A stretch of DNA of 63,872 nucleotides, filler included, from Octopus bimaculoides (Eukaryota), in assembly GCF_001194135.2 (NCBI RefSeq). It is 5 parts of 5 records of this genome, joined end to end, with 100 filler letters (N's around TTAATTAATTAA, not from the genome) between each part and the next. Parts side by side here need not be neighbours in the genome. Positions count along the whole stretch, not along the records: positions 1 to 30,192 come from NC_068998.1; 4 more parts are not named here. One strand, given 5' to 3'. The notes under the pieces were generated by a model. It ran no database searches, was not told the DNA's origin, and saw only the letters and a list, made by a program, of their open reading frames with translations. The translations under genes and the position numbers were made by a program. This document shows, piece by piece, positions 1 to 11,680 of the stretch. The stretch's first letter is position 1; every line of letters starts with the position of its first letter.

Positions 1-59
<59 letters not shown>

Positions 60-469
60 TAGATAGATAGTTCATAGTATAAAGACATTTTGAGCACAGA
101 GCATTGATGTGATCGTCCAAGACGTGTCGGTGTATAAATTCTTTACGATGGTTTACGTAACCATTTAGATGTTTCGGCGCCTACTCGCTTCATCAACCGT
201 CGTAAGAGGAAACAGATTCTGCAATTATGGTTGTATATGTAGCTACCGGCCGAGACGTACAGACAAATCCAAACGAGCGGGTTATATGCGACAGTGAGAA
301 AACAACTCTAGAATGCTCTACTTGCAAAGGAATAAACTTAGAAAGCATTGTGTGTGTGTGCATGCGTACGCGTGTGCGCTTGTGTGTGTGCATGGTGTAT
401 TTTTGACTGACTACACTTGCACCACCAAGCTGTTTCCAAGCCTCTCTATGTGTATGTGCATACACACAC

Positions 470-500
<31 letters not shown>

Positions 501-1709
501 NNNNNNNNNNNNNNNNNNNNNNNNNNNNNNNNNNNNNNNNNNNNNNNNNNNNNNNNNNNNNNNNNNNNNNNNNNNNNNNNNNNNNNNNNNNNNNNNNNNN
601 NNNNNNNNNNNNNNNNNNNNNNNNNNNNNNNNNNNNNNNNNNNNNNNNNNNNNNNNNNNNNNNNNNNNNNNNNNNNNNNNNNNNNNNNNNNNNNNNNNNN
701 NNNNNNNNNNNNNNNNNNNNNNNNNNNNNNNNNNNNNNNNNNNNNNNNNNNNNNNNNNNNNNNNNNNNNNNNNNNNNNNNNNNNNNNNNNNNNNNNNNNN
801 NNNNNNNNNNNNNNNNNNNNNNNNNNNNNNNNNNNNNNNNNNNNNNNNNNNNNNNNNNNNNNNNNNNNNNNNNNNNNNNNNNNNNNNNNNNNNNNNNNNN
901 NNNNNNNNNNNNNNNNNNNNNNNNNNNNNNNNNNNNNNNNNNNNNNNNNNNNNNNNNNNNNNNNNNNNNNNNNNNNNNNNNNNNNNNNNNNNNNNNNNNN
1001 NNNNNNNNNNNNNNNNNNNNNNNNNNNNNNNNNNNNNNNNNNNNNNNNNNNNNNNNNTTTGGTCGAGGACAAACTGAAGTCCAACAGACATAACCATCCT
1101 TAACAACATCACCATAACCACCATTATCTTCATCATTATCACCGCCGTCATCAGCTTCTCTGCCAGTACCCCCATCCCGACCAACATTTATTTCCGGTCA
1201 CATGGTACCATCTTCGCACTCTTCTCGCTTCTTCATCGGAACCAAAATTTTAAACAATGTTGAAAGAATTGTTTATTTGAGTCTACAGATTCCGGAGCCG
1301 ATTTTAGGAGTTGTCTGACCGTCTGCTATTGATGGTGGCGGTGGGAGGTGGTGCTGGTATTGGCGGTGGTTCAGGTGGTGGTGGTGGTGGTGGCGGTGCT
1401 AGTGCTTGTGGTAGTGCTGTTGTTGTCGTCTTTGGGAGAGAAACGACAAAACGACAACCAGCTGAAGACTTAGATTGAGGAATCATCTATATTAGAATGA
1501 TGATGTCGAATGAACGATACACTGCGAGAGAGTGAGAGGGAGGAGGAGAGGGGAAGGCAGAGAGGGTGGGGGGGAAAGAGAGGGAGAGAGAAGTAACATA
1601 GAGACTGACGGACCGACCAACCGACGTAATGAGAAAACAGAAAGTGTAGCGAGAGACGGACAATGAAAGATAAGCAGAGGCACGTTTGTAGGTAGGTTGG
1701 AACGGAGAA

Positions 1710-1802
<93 letters not shown>

Positions 1803-2045
1803 CAGTTCTTTTATTAGCCAAACAGGGCTTTACACAGAGGGGACAAGTACAATGTAGAACTTTTCTTTTTGAGAGGGGGAAGGAGAAAAAAAGGGGTGGT
1901 CGATCAAAAGGGGTCGAGAAAAAAAAGCGATCAATAGGGATCGTGTATCACAGCAATATTCTCGTGTAAAAAGGGGGGGGGCAGTTTAGGTTTAGCCGTG
2001 GAAAGAAAAACCTACGGAAAAGACCACGGTAACCTTGACCAACAT
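1803..2045 (-). mobile_element. Probable 3' UTR/terminus of an L1/Tx1-like LINE
   Basis: On the minus strand a pyrimidine-rich tract ends in GGCTAATAAAAGAA directly before a (TATC)n microsatellite, like an L1/Tx1 3' end. No coding match seen; class is inferred. Confidence 0.35.
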
Positions 2046-2838
2046 TATCATTGTCATTGAAGAAACCATAACAGGAAGTGACTTCATAACTGATTTTCAT
2101 CACTGAACTCGCCAAAGCTGTGTTGTATATAACCTGTGACGGCTTTGCATTTTATACAAGATGTCTGTTGTCTGTTGGCTTTAATTGCTTTCCGCGAGCT
2201 AATTTGCTTTGCGTTCACTTGGTTCTGACATTGTTGTACATTGACTGCGAATTTCATTGCTGTTATATCATAGGATGCTCAACTATATTTGACTTTCCAA
2301 CCAACCTATTAAAAAATAACTCGCTTCCCTTATCTGCAATGACACGACCTCATTTCTTTATTATATAATCATATATATTTCTGCTGTTTACAGTGGATAT
2401 ATCTGGGATTCATTTACGCTAAAGGTGACACTTTATTACTGACAGCTTTATATTTACAGATGTAGGTTACGAGTATTAAAATACGCGATTGCTTTACCTT
2501 AAACGGCGTGTTTCGGTCACTTTGCATATGGCTGTAGCAAACTCTGACTTCTATATATATTGAAATAGCATCCATAGTCAAAAGGAATGAGTTTAGTGTT
2601 GGAATGCTTAGGCTAAGGGGCCTTTAACCAGGTGATATTTCTTTTTTTTATTTTTGTATGATTTATCGTTCGCTTGTATACCTTTGGCATGTTTTCTGGT
2701 TTCTTTTTAAAACAGCTTACTCATAGTACTTCTATATCGATTAGTGCTGCTTCAGGTAATATTTACCTATCGAATGATTTTATAAAGACTCTCTGACATA
2801 TGTTACTTGTGAAGTAAATAATTATAGAAGAGAGTAAA

Positions 2839-3158
2839 AGGCGCGTGGTTTAATAGTTAGGGTATTCGGCTCACGATCGGAAGACCGTGAGTTCAATTCC
2901 CGGCGGTGTGTTGTACCTTTGAGAAAGACATTTTATTTCACGTTCCTCCAGTCCACTCAGCTGGTATAAATGAGTAGTACCTGTAATTCAGAGGGCCAGC
3001 CTTGCCACATTCTGTGTCACGCTGAATCTTTCAGTGAACTACTTTAAGGTTACGCGTGTCTGTGGAGTACTCAGCCACTTGCGCGTTAATTTCACGAGCA
3101 GGCTGTTCCGTTGATCGGATCAACTGGAACACTCGTTGTCATAACCGACGGAGTACCA
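2839..3158 (+). mobile_element. tRNA-derived SINE, family C (CORE-like central domain), near full length
   Basis: A-box-like GTGGTTTAATAG and B-box-like GAGTTCAATTCC; central TGTACCTTTGAGAAAGACATTT...CCACTCAGCTG resembles the CORE domain (from recall); tail GCTGTTCCGTTGATCGGATCAACTGGAAC recurs inverted at 32709-32883. Confidence 0.8.
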
Positions 3159-4345
3159 ATACAGAAGGGAAGGATCAAGTCTTTGATTCAGTTTTCTATA
3201 ATGAAAACGTTTCCTCCTGGTTAGATTTAGTGTTTTATCAACGAAATTAACAACCGATAGGTGGCTCTGGGGATCGATATTTTGTGGTAGATATCGTGTA
3301 TTTGTTGTTCTAAATTGCTTAAGTCGAGTCCGTCCATGTTATAGGAGATTGCTAGGCATTTTCGTCTCTGCATATTCATATTGAAGAGTGAGTGATTATG
3401 TAGAATTTCATAGTTTGCATGTTTGTACATGCATATTTACATATATATGCGTATTTACATTCATACACACACGCACACACACACACACATACACACACGC
3501 ACACACACACACACACACACACATTACGACAACGAATACATTTTTGAATATGTATATATATATATATATATTCTTTTTATATATATAAATATACATCTGT
3601 ATATACATATATATATATACATAGCCTATATATACATTTATATATGTATACACACACATATATGCTTGTGTGTATATGTATATTTATGTATATGTGTCTA
3701 TCTATATGTTAGGAGGGTCTCCTTCATCACGTGATGTGTTAGAATTAACACTCAAGGCGCCCTTAAAATATTCTCTATTCTCTTTTTAAAAAACGGAAGT
3801 TAGACATATAACGTAATCTTAAATGAAGAAAAAATTTAGGTTGGGTGATCACTGTTGGAACGCTAGAATAGGGTCAGATAATAGGGTCAGAGTTGATATG
3901 GCCTAAAAGTACAACTGCAACAGGAGCCCCCTGCAATGTGTCCTTAATGCCGTAAGATATGATTTGATTATTGTTTCTAGGGAGTCATAACTTCCTCGTT
4001 GTCTTGTCCTAGAAATTCGTAGTGCTTCTAGAGTGAAATATTTATCATAGATTTTTGTTATCAGGAAAACTAAGTTACGGCTGCTTACTTAATCGATAAT
4101 CAATCCTTTGGCCAAGTGCACGTGCTATATACACCTGCAGGTGCACCTGCTAACTGTAGCTGTACTCGGGTGAAATCATTTCTTATTGAGATAACGAAAA
4201 GAAATAAATTTCATATCTTTTTTTTTCCGTTGCTGCAATTGAGGTCATGCAAATGACGCACAGATACACATCAGCACCGAGACATAAGCAGACGCATACA
4301 TATATACACAAAGGTACACAGACACACACACACACGCACACACAC

Positions 4346-4386
<41 letters not shown>

Positions 4387-4495
4387 GACATATTCACAGC
4401 CAATGATACTCGTAAGCACTGAGAAATGATTTCCCTTGAACATAAACAAATGAGATGTGTGTGTGTGTGTGTACAGACAGACAGACAAACAGACG

Positions 4496-4558
<63 letters not shown>

Positions 4559-4922
4559 NNNNNNNNNNNNNNNNNNNNNNNNNNNNNNNNNNNNNNNNNN
4601 NNNNNNNNNNNNNNNNNNNNNNNNNNNNNNNNNNNNNNNNNNNNNNNNNNNNNNNNNNNNNNNNNNNNNNNNNNNNNNNNNNNNNNNNNNNNNNNNNNNN
4701 NNNNNNNNNNNNNNNNNNNNNNNNNNNNNNNNNNNNNNNNNNNNNNNNNNNNNNNNNNNNNNNNNNNNNNNNNNNNNNNNNNNNNNNNNNNNNNNNNNNN
4801 NNNNNNNNNNNNNNNNNNNNNNNNNNNNNNNNNNNNNNNNNNNNNNNNNNNNNNNNNNNNNNNNNNNNNNNNNNNNNNNNNNNNNNNNNNNNNNNNNNNN
4901 NNNNNNNNNNNNNNNNNNNNNN

Positions 4923-5002
<80 letters not shown>

Positions 5003-5089
5003 ATTATGTTGTGAAAATTTCGTTTTAATCACCTCAAAACGCAAATTATTTTCACTTTGTGACGTATTTTACCTGCCTTGACCAATTTC

Positions 5090-5490
5090 TGACAAGCACT
5101 CCGAAGATTTTTTTCCAACCATGAATGGATTGGGATAAGTTTGAGTATTTGCTCCAACACCTAACTTCTAATATTTGGCAACTCTACCCCACGAACAATC
5201 AACACATATACAGGAATGGAGACGGTCTGCGATTCTATAGTGGACGTTATAATCCATCGAGAAACAACTCAGATGACCTGGCCGGCTTGAAACAGAAAAC
5301 CGATTAGCAGACTGAAGGCGACAAAGCGTCACTAAACGATAATCAAGCGGAACAACCAATTGCCAGCTAAAAGGAGGCATACAAGCACTTTGGTCTGACC
5401 ATAAATATCCATAAGGCGCACGATGCTTGCGCCACCTGTTCTGAGGACTGTCCTTCAAGATTTCAACATCACCAACACACGTTTTGGCCA
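5090..5490 (+). mobile_element. Degenerate RTE (BovB-like) LINE reverse transcriptase fragment
   Basis: Frame-broken peptides VFAPT, LAGLKQKT and KEAYKHFGLTINIHK resemble the RTE RT segments CVLAPTLF, LKAKTK and ACKxFGLTINIKK; multiple stops and frameshifts. Confidence 0.6.
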
Positions 5491-5529
5491 GGTAAATCCT
5501 GTTTTCCTACGTTTGGTGTGTGTGTGTGT

Positions 5530-5722
5530 AGTTAGAGTGTGTGCCGCCCGGGACGGCCCTTCCGTCTCCGCCCCCGGACCCCACAAAAAACACATTCTTT
5601 TCTACTCTAGGCACAAGGCCCGAAATTTTTGGGGAGGGGGCCAGTCGATTAGATCGACCACAGTACGCAAAAGTGTCTCTCTGGGCGGACCACCCATACC
5701 GCCTCACCTAGCTACGCTCGTG
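5530..5722. mobile_element. GC-rich MITE-like relic interrupted by a family B SINE tail (about 5598-5668, minus)
   Basis: GCCGCCCGGGACGG and GGGCGGACCACCC...GCTACGC motifs flank a segment (GGCACAAGGCCCGAAATTTT...GTCGATTAGATCGAC) matching the family B tail seen elsewhere in the window; MITE class is from recall only. Confidence 0.35.
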
Positions 5723-6876
5723 TCCCCCATAAAGCTTTTGCCAGTCCAAAGCATTTTCGTCAATGTTTTCAGACTTGTAGCTTAAAATCTTGTTTCACAT
5801 GTTCTGAGAAATGTAGTTCTAAATACCAAATATCTCTTTGGTAGTGGCGAAAGAAAATTATGAATGTGTATCATATAACGCATGGTCTCCACATTGCAAC
5901 CAGTTTGCAATACAAAAAAAAAAAAGCAGAAAAACAAAACAAGAAAATCAAATTTAAAGGAATTAGTAACCCATACAAATTATCTCCCCTGTGTAAGTTC
6001 GCATAGCTTCAGTTTTTTTTTTGCTCCATGAAAAAAAAACAATGACCACTTTCAAGTCGTTAACCAATTTTTTTATACACATCCGTACATGTGTATGTCT
6101 TTGCGTGTGTTTGTGTGTGTGTATGTGTGTGCATAGATATATATAAAGAATATGAGGGGTTTATTTCACTTGTGATCTAAATGAATAGGCTATACACAGA
6201 CACACAACCGCACTTGCTTATATATATGCATTCATACACGCGCAGAGGCGCAGATTTATAAGTATATATGTGTGTGAATGCGTATGTGTTTGCATATACA
6301 CACACATAAATATGTATTATATATAATAAATATATTATAATATATATATAAATATATATATAATATAATATAATATAAATATTATATATATATATATATA
6401 CATATAGAAATATATTATATAATATAAATATATTATATATATACATAGGCGTACACACGAAGAATCATGGGAAGCGAAAAGAAAATATACACTATAAAAA
6501 ACGTGATAATATATATATGAGAATTATTAATAATATATATGCGGAAAATATAATGAATAATAATAGTTTAGTTTTGTTTGTTTAATTAAGATGTTTTCTT
6601 GTTTAATAATTGTTATTTCAATGGCAGACTCTGCAAGTGAGAGTTGAAGACCGTCGTCTCTACCGATCCAGAACAGAATAATATACATTTCTAAATAAGA
6701 AAAAAGAGACGAAATAATGGCGCTGTTTGTAAATGTGTTTATAGGTTGGTGATGGGGTTGGTGGGATTGGTGGTGGGAGCTGTTGCTTGTGGGTTTTTGT
6801 TAAAAAGTCTTCCTATAAAAATTCATAGAGCATGACTAATTCATTTATATATGTAATTGTATGTATGTAAACGTGA

Positions 6877-6920
<44 letters not shown>

Positions 6921-6947
6921 ATACACTTGAGTGTATCTGCGCGCGCA

Positions 6948-6978
<31 letters not shown>

Positions 6979-7486
6979 GGAGGGACGTGTTTGGTGAATC
7001 CGAAATCGGTCTTTGATAATTATATTTCGCGATCTAATTTTTGGTGGTGGATCTAATAGATTCACTCAAACGATATTTAATGGTGAGATTATGTGTTAGG
7101 ATTCCTGTGTATATGTGTGTGTATATTAATAGATTCACATTTGGGTGATTATATNNNNNNNNNNNNNNNNNNNNNNNNNNNNNNNNNNNNNNNNNNNNNN
7201 NNNNNNNNNNNNNNNNNNNNNNNNNNNNNNNNNNNNNNNNNNNNNNNNNNNNNNNNNNNNNNNNNNNNNNNNNNNNNNNNNNNNNNNNNNNNNNNNNNNN
7301 NNNNNNNNNNNNNNNNNNNNNNNNNNNNNNNNNATTCATGTATATGTATATGAATATATATATGTATATATATGAATATATAAATGTATATATATATGAA
7401 TATATATATGTATATATATATAAATATATATATGTATATATATATATATATGAATATATAACCATGTATTTCTTAAAAATTCATTT

Positions 7487-7878
7487 GTTTCAGTCATTTG
7501 ACTGCGGCCATGCTGGAGCTCCGCCCTTAGTCGAGCAAATCGACTTCAGGAGTTATTCTTTATAAGCCTAGTACTTATTCCATCGGTCTCTTTTTGCCAA
7601 ACCGCTAAGTTACGGGGCGTATACACAACAGCATCGGTTGTCAGGCGATGTTGGGAGGACAAACACAGACACACAGACACGTACACAAACATATATAGAC
7701 ATATATATATACGACAGGTTTCTTTAAGTTTCCGTCTACCAAATCCACTCACAAGGCTTTGATCGGCCTTGTGAGGCTATAGTAGAAAACACTTGCCCAA
7801 GGTTCCACGTAGTGGGACTGAACCCGGAACCATGTTGCTGGTAAGCCAGCTACTTACCACACAGTCACTCCTGCGCCT
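7487..7878 (-). mobile_element. tRNA-derived SINE, family A, full length
   Basis: Minus strand reads GCAGGAGTGACTGTGTGGTAAG (A-box-like), GGTTCAGTCCC (B-box-like), CCTTGGGCAAGTG, an internal TA/CA microsatellite and the tail ATGACTGAAACAA; colinear with copies at 54681-55125 and 62487-62990. Confidence 0.9.
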
Positions 7879-7917
7879 ATAATATATATCTATAAATGTA
7901 TATATTTATATATATGT

Positions 7918-8041
7918 TCATCATTTCAGGGTCGATAAATTAAGTACCAGGGAAACACTGGGGTCGATATAATCGACGAATCCCCTACCCTCAAATTCGA
8001 GGCCTTGTGCCTCCACTAGAAAGGATTATTATTATTATTAC
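7918..8041 (+). mobile_element. SINE family B, 3' portion with (ATT)n tail
   Basis: GGGTCGATAAATTAAGTACCAG...CTGGGGTCGATATAATCGAC...GGCCTTGTGCC matches full copies at 18850 and 46258. Confidence 0.8.
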
Positions 8042-8054
8042 TATTTTATGTTTA

Positions 8055-8208
8055 AGTTTCCGTCTACCATTTCCACTCACAAAGCTTTGGTCGGCTCGAT
8101 GCGATAACAGAAGGCCCTTTCCTAAAGAGTCACTCAGTGGGACTGAACCCGGAATCATATATTTAGGAAGCAAGTTCTTACCCCCTCCCCCCAGCCACGC
8201 CTGCACCT
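8055..8208 (-). mobile_element. SINE family A, 5' half
   Basis: AGTTTCCGTCTACC...CACTCACAAAGCTTTGGTCGG...GGGACTGAACCCGGAA matches 7725-7878. Confidence 0.8.
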
Positions 8209-8532
8209 ATTTACACTCCACCACACACACACACAGGCGCCCATTTTTTTTTATGTAGATAGACCGTCTCGAGTTACTGTTGTGTAAGATTAAGACATTA
8301 AGACCACCTTTGGTCAGTTCAGTGTCTAATAAGAGAGAAATATCGGACCGCTCACTTTTATATCGATCGACACGAATAAAAGATTAATTGCTGACCTTCT
8401 ACGGATATTTTACAGATTACACCGAGGTTATCTCCTCCTGGCTCAAATGTTTTGTAGATCAAATACATATATCTTGTCGAGATATTTATGTGTGGATATG
8501 CATTTAACTATATTTGAGTGTGTGCGATTGTT

Positions 8533-8580
<48 letters not shown>

Positions 8581-8939
8581 GTGCGTGTTTACAAATATGT
8601 GTGTATGTGTCTTTGTCTCTGATAAATAATTTAAATCTATAGAGATGAGTGTGTGTGTATATTTATGTAGATACATAGATGTATATGAGACTCACATACG
8701 CATGCTCACACACAGCAAAATATATTCATACTTTTGAAAGTAAATTTAGGTTGTATAAATATATGCTTCTGTATGTTTGTATATATGAAATAATAATTTC
8801 ATGGCTTTGTGTGTTAGAACAGGTTATATACGTGTATTTGTGAGCTTGTGTGCGAGCTTATATGGGTGTTCATATGTAAAATGTATATGTGTATGTATAG
8901 TTAGGTAGAGGGTAGCGATTTTCTTCACTACTTCAGGGA

Positions 8940-9245
8940 GTGACGACCCTGCCTGACACGAGTCCCGGGCTCAGCTGGCTCCGGCTGACAGTAGCCGGTA
9001 TGGGCTCCTATCCAGGGTTACGGTAAGGAGACAACCTTCAAAGAAATCTGGAGCGGAGCCCCTTAGGCGGTTTAGTGTTCGGCTCGACACTCTTCCGGCA
9101 TCTCCTGCAACCAAGCTGGTGCCAAACGTAATGCTCTGCACTCCTTTGGACTACGTCAGCAAGGTCGAGAGAGGAATCCTGACGATTGGGCTACCCAGGA
9201 TTTTCTTACATCTAGCCCTGGCCTGCGCAATGCTGGAGAGGACAT
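8940..9245 (+). mobile_element. GC-rich interspersed repeat, possibly the 5' UTR of an RTE-type LINE
   Basis: GC-rich island in AT-rich context with hairpins CCGGCT/AGCCGG and AATCCTG/CAGGATT; resemblance to RTE 5' UTRs is from recall; no ORF follows. Confidence 0.4.
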
Positions 9246-10039
9246 GAAATGTAAAAACCAGACTGGTTTAGTTTATGCGCAACTCCATTGTCTCCCGAGA
9301 CAAAAGGATGCCAACAACATGTATAGTAGTGGAAATGATTTTAATATTGTGTGTGTTTGTGCATGCTTGCATGTCTGTATATATGTATGCATGTATACGT
9401 ATATGTTTGTATGTGTGTATGCATGTATGTATATGTATGCGTATTCGCGTGCATGCTTGTATATGTGTATACGTATGCATATATGTACATATGTATGCGT
9501 GTGTGTATGTATGTATGTATGTACGTACGTATGTATACAATGTGCCCTCAGACAGTGAAGTGGTTTCACGCCGCCAGCATCCAAGAATTTGAACACAACA
9601 ATCAGGAAGTATTTTTCAAGGTCCTTCTTGAAGCAAAAAGAAAGAAGACCAAATGGTACCTTGCCACGTGATGTGTGACGTCATCTATGCTTTGCCTGTT
9701 AATCTGAAAATATAAACAAAAAAGAGAAGTTCGTTATTTTCATTCCGTTTATCATTGTTGCATTACAGTTTCTGATGTAATACTTCTCCGTCAAACAAAT
9801 AACAACGATTTTAACCATCGTTAAATTGTATAATTTTGTCCAGGACAGACTATATGAAGTAAATAGATTAATCCTGATATTTCCATCACAGACTTTGCTT
9901 CCAGATGTATTTAGTATTTCTTTAGTGACATCATCCGAAACATTTAATGTGTCGTTATGGCCTAACTTTAAACAGTTTGCAGTTAACCCGCTGTTAAACA
10001 GCGAGTTAACAGGTAATCACTGTTATATTGTTATCAGTT

Positions 10040-10372
10040 GTGCTACCACTACGACCATCACTCCACCACCATTGCCACCATCACCACCGCCACTACCGCC
10101 TTCACCCACACCCCCACTAACAATATCATCACCATCACAATTACCACCACCACCACCACCACCATCATCAGCACAGTCATCTCCACCATCGTCTCCACCA
10201 CCACTACCAACACGAGCAATATCATCGCATCGGCACCATCAACACCCGAAAATAACCACCGCCGCCGCCACCACCACCACTACCACCACTGCCGCCACCG
10301 CCACCGCCACCACTGCCGCCGCCGCCACCAACACCGCTGCCGCCGCCGCCGCCGCCACAACCACCAGACAGA
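10040..10372. repeat. Degenerate (CCA/CCG)n trinucleotide tract
   Basis: Direct reading; gives poly-Pro/Thr/Ala/His translations in different frames. Confidence 0.9.
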
Positions 10373-10643
10373 CAGAAAGACAGACAGAAAGTGGTGAAGG
10401 TGAAGGGAGTCGGAGAAAGATTGATGGCCGAAAGGGTAGGAGAAGGAACAATGTAAATATTTATCTGTATATTAGGGGTCAGCTGTGTTATATAGGGGAC
10501 ATAAGGGGACATGGTAATGACAGGGTAAGGAAACACTGACTGGAGAAGAAATATTGAGATTAGGGATTATCCAAGTTTTGGTTCTGCTGAACATGTACTC
10601 ACACACATGAGGACTTATATGATGTTTCTAGTGTGATTCTGTC

Positions 10644-10724
<81 letters not shown>

Positions 10725-11038
10725 NNNNNNNNNNNNNNNNNNNNNNNNNNNNNNNNNNNNNNNNNNNNNNNNNNNNNNNNNNNNNNNNNNNNNNNNNNNN
10801 NNNNNNNNNNNNNNNNNNNNNNNNNNNNNNNNNNNNNNNNNNNNNNNNNNNNNNNNNNNNNNNNNNNNNNNNNNNNNNNNNNNNNNNNNNNNNNNNNNNN
10901 NNNNNNNNNNNNNNNNNNNNNNNNNNNNNNNNNNNNNNNNNNNNNNNNNNNNNNNNNNNNNNNNNNNNNNNNNNNNNNNNNNNNNNNNNNNNNNNNNNNN
11001 NNNNNNNNNNNNNNNNNNNNNNNNNNNNNNNNNTGTAT

Positions 11039-11120
<82 letters not shown>

Positions 11121-11247
11121 GGATAGATAGATTGATTCAGATGAATATGGTACTTAAGTTGAGTCACCAGAATTTAGTACGGTATTATCCATACAATTTT
11201 AAAGTAAGGTGATTAAAGTCAAAATAAGCAACAAGGATATCCAGGTA

Positions 11248-11465
11248 TCTGTGTGTGTGTTTGTGTCTGTATTTGCTCCCCGTCATCGCTTGACAACCGA
11301 TGTTAGTGTGTTTACGTCCCCGAAACTTAGCCGTTTGGCAAATACACCGATAAAATAAGTACCAGGCTTTAAAAATATAAACAATGTAGTCGATTTATTC
11401 GGCTAAAAATTCTTCATGGCAGAGCCCCATCATGGCCGCAATCTAATGACTGAAAGAAACAAAAA
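11248..11465 (+). mobile_element. SINE family A, 3' half
   Basis: CATCGCTTGACAACCGATG...TTTACGTCCCCG...AATAAGTACCAGG...CATGGCCGCAATCTAATGACTGAAA. Confidence 0.8.
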
Positions 11466-11540
11466 AATATTTTAAAAAAAAGGATAAAAAAATATATATA
11501 TGTAAAGTAAATGACGCTCCAAAACAACAAATTCCACGTT

Positions 11541-11680
11541 TACCGTATTCTTCAGAATACAAATCAATGCTGCCTTTCACATAGAATTTTTGGTCCTCCA
11601 GAGTTGTCCTGATGTATAAGTAGAAACTACGTTTTTGGCGGTAAATTTTGCTCTAAAATATTCCTTTGTAAAATACGATA
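11541..11680. mobile_element. Short Tc1/mariner/pogo-type MITE (about 140 bp)
   Basis: Begins TACCGTATT and ends AATACGATA (reverse complement, 1 mismatch), with TA at both ends. Confidence 0.5.

Noticed and set aside
313-1187. Long ORF-track entries spanning N gaps (here and at about 12.1-13.2, 13.6-14.6, 15.0-15.8, 27.3-28.3, 38.4-39.3, 40.5-41.7 and 45.0-46.0 kb)
   Set aside because: They are open only because N codons hide stops; the called parts are YI/CV/HT microsatellite translations.
1304-1486. 60-aa proline-rich ORF on the minus strand
   Set aside because: Poly-Pro comes from a (GGT)n tract; no domain or convincing splice context.
2839-2915. tRNA-like sequences (also at 7800-7878, 18850-18930, 30705-30770 and 62487-62555)
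   Set aside because: A/B-box-like heads continue into SINE bodies and lack a complete cloverleaf; not tRNA genes.
9826-10539. 237-aa plus-strand ORF rich in Pro/Thr/Ala
   Set aside because: Mostly a stop-free trinucleotide tract that is open in several frames on both strands; the flanks show no recognisable protein.
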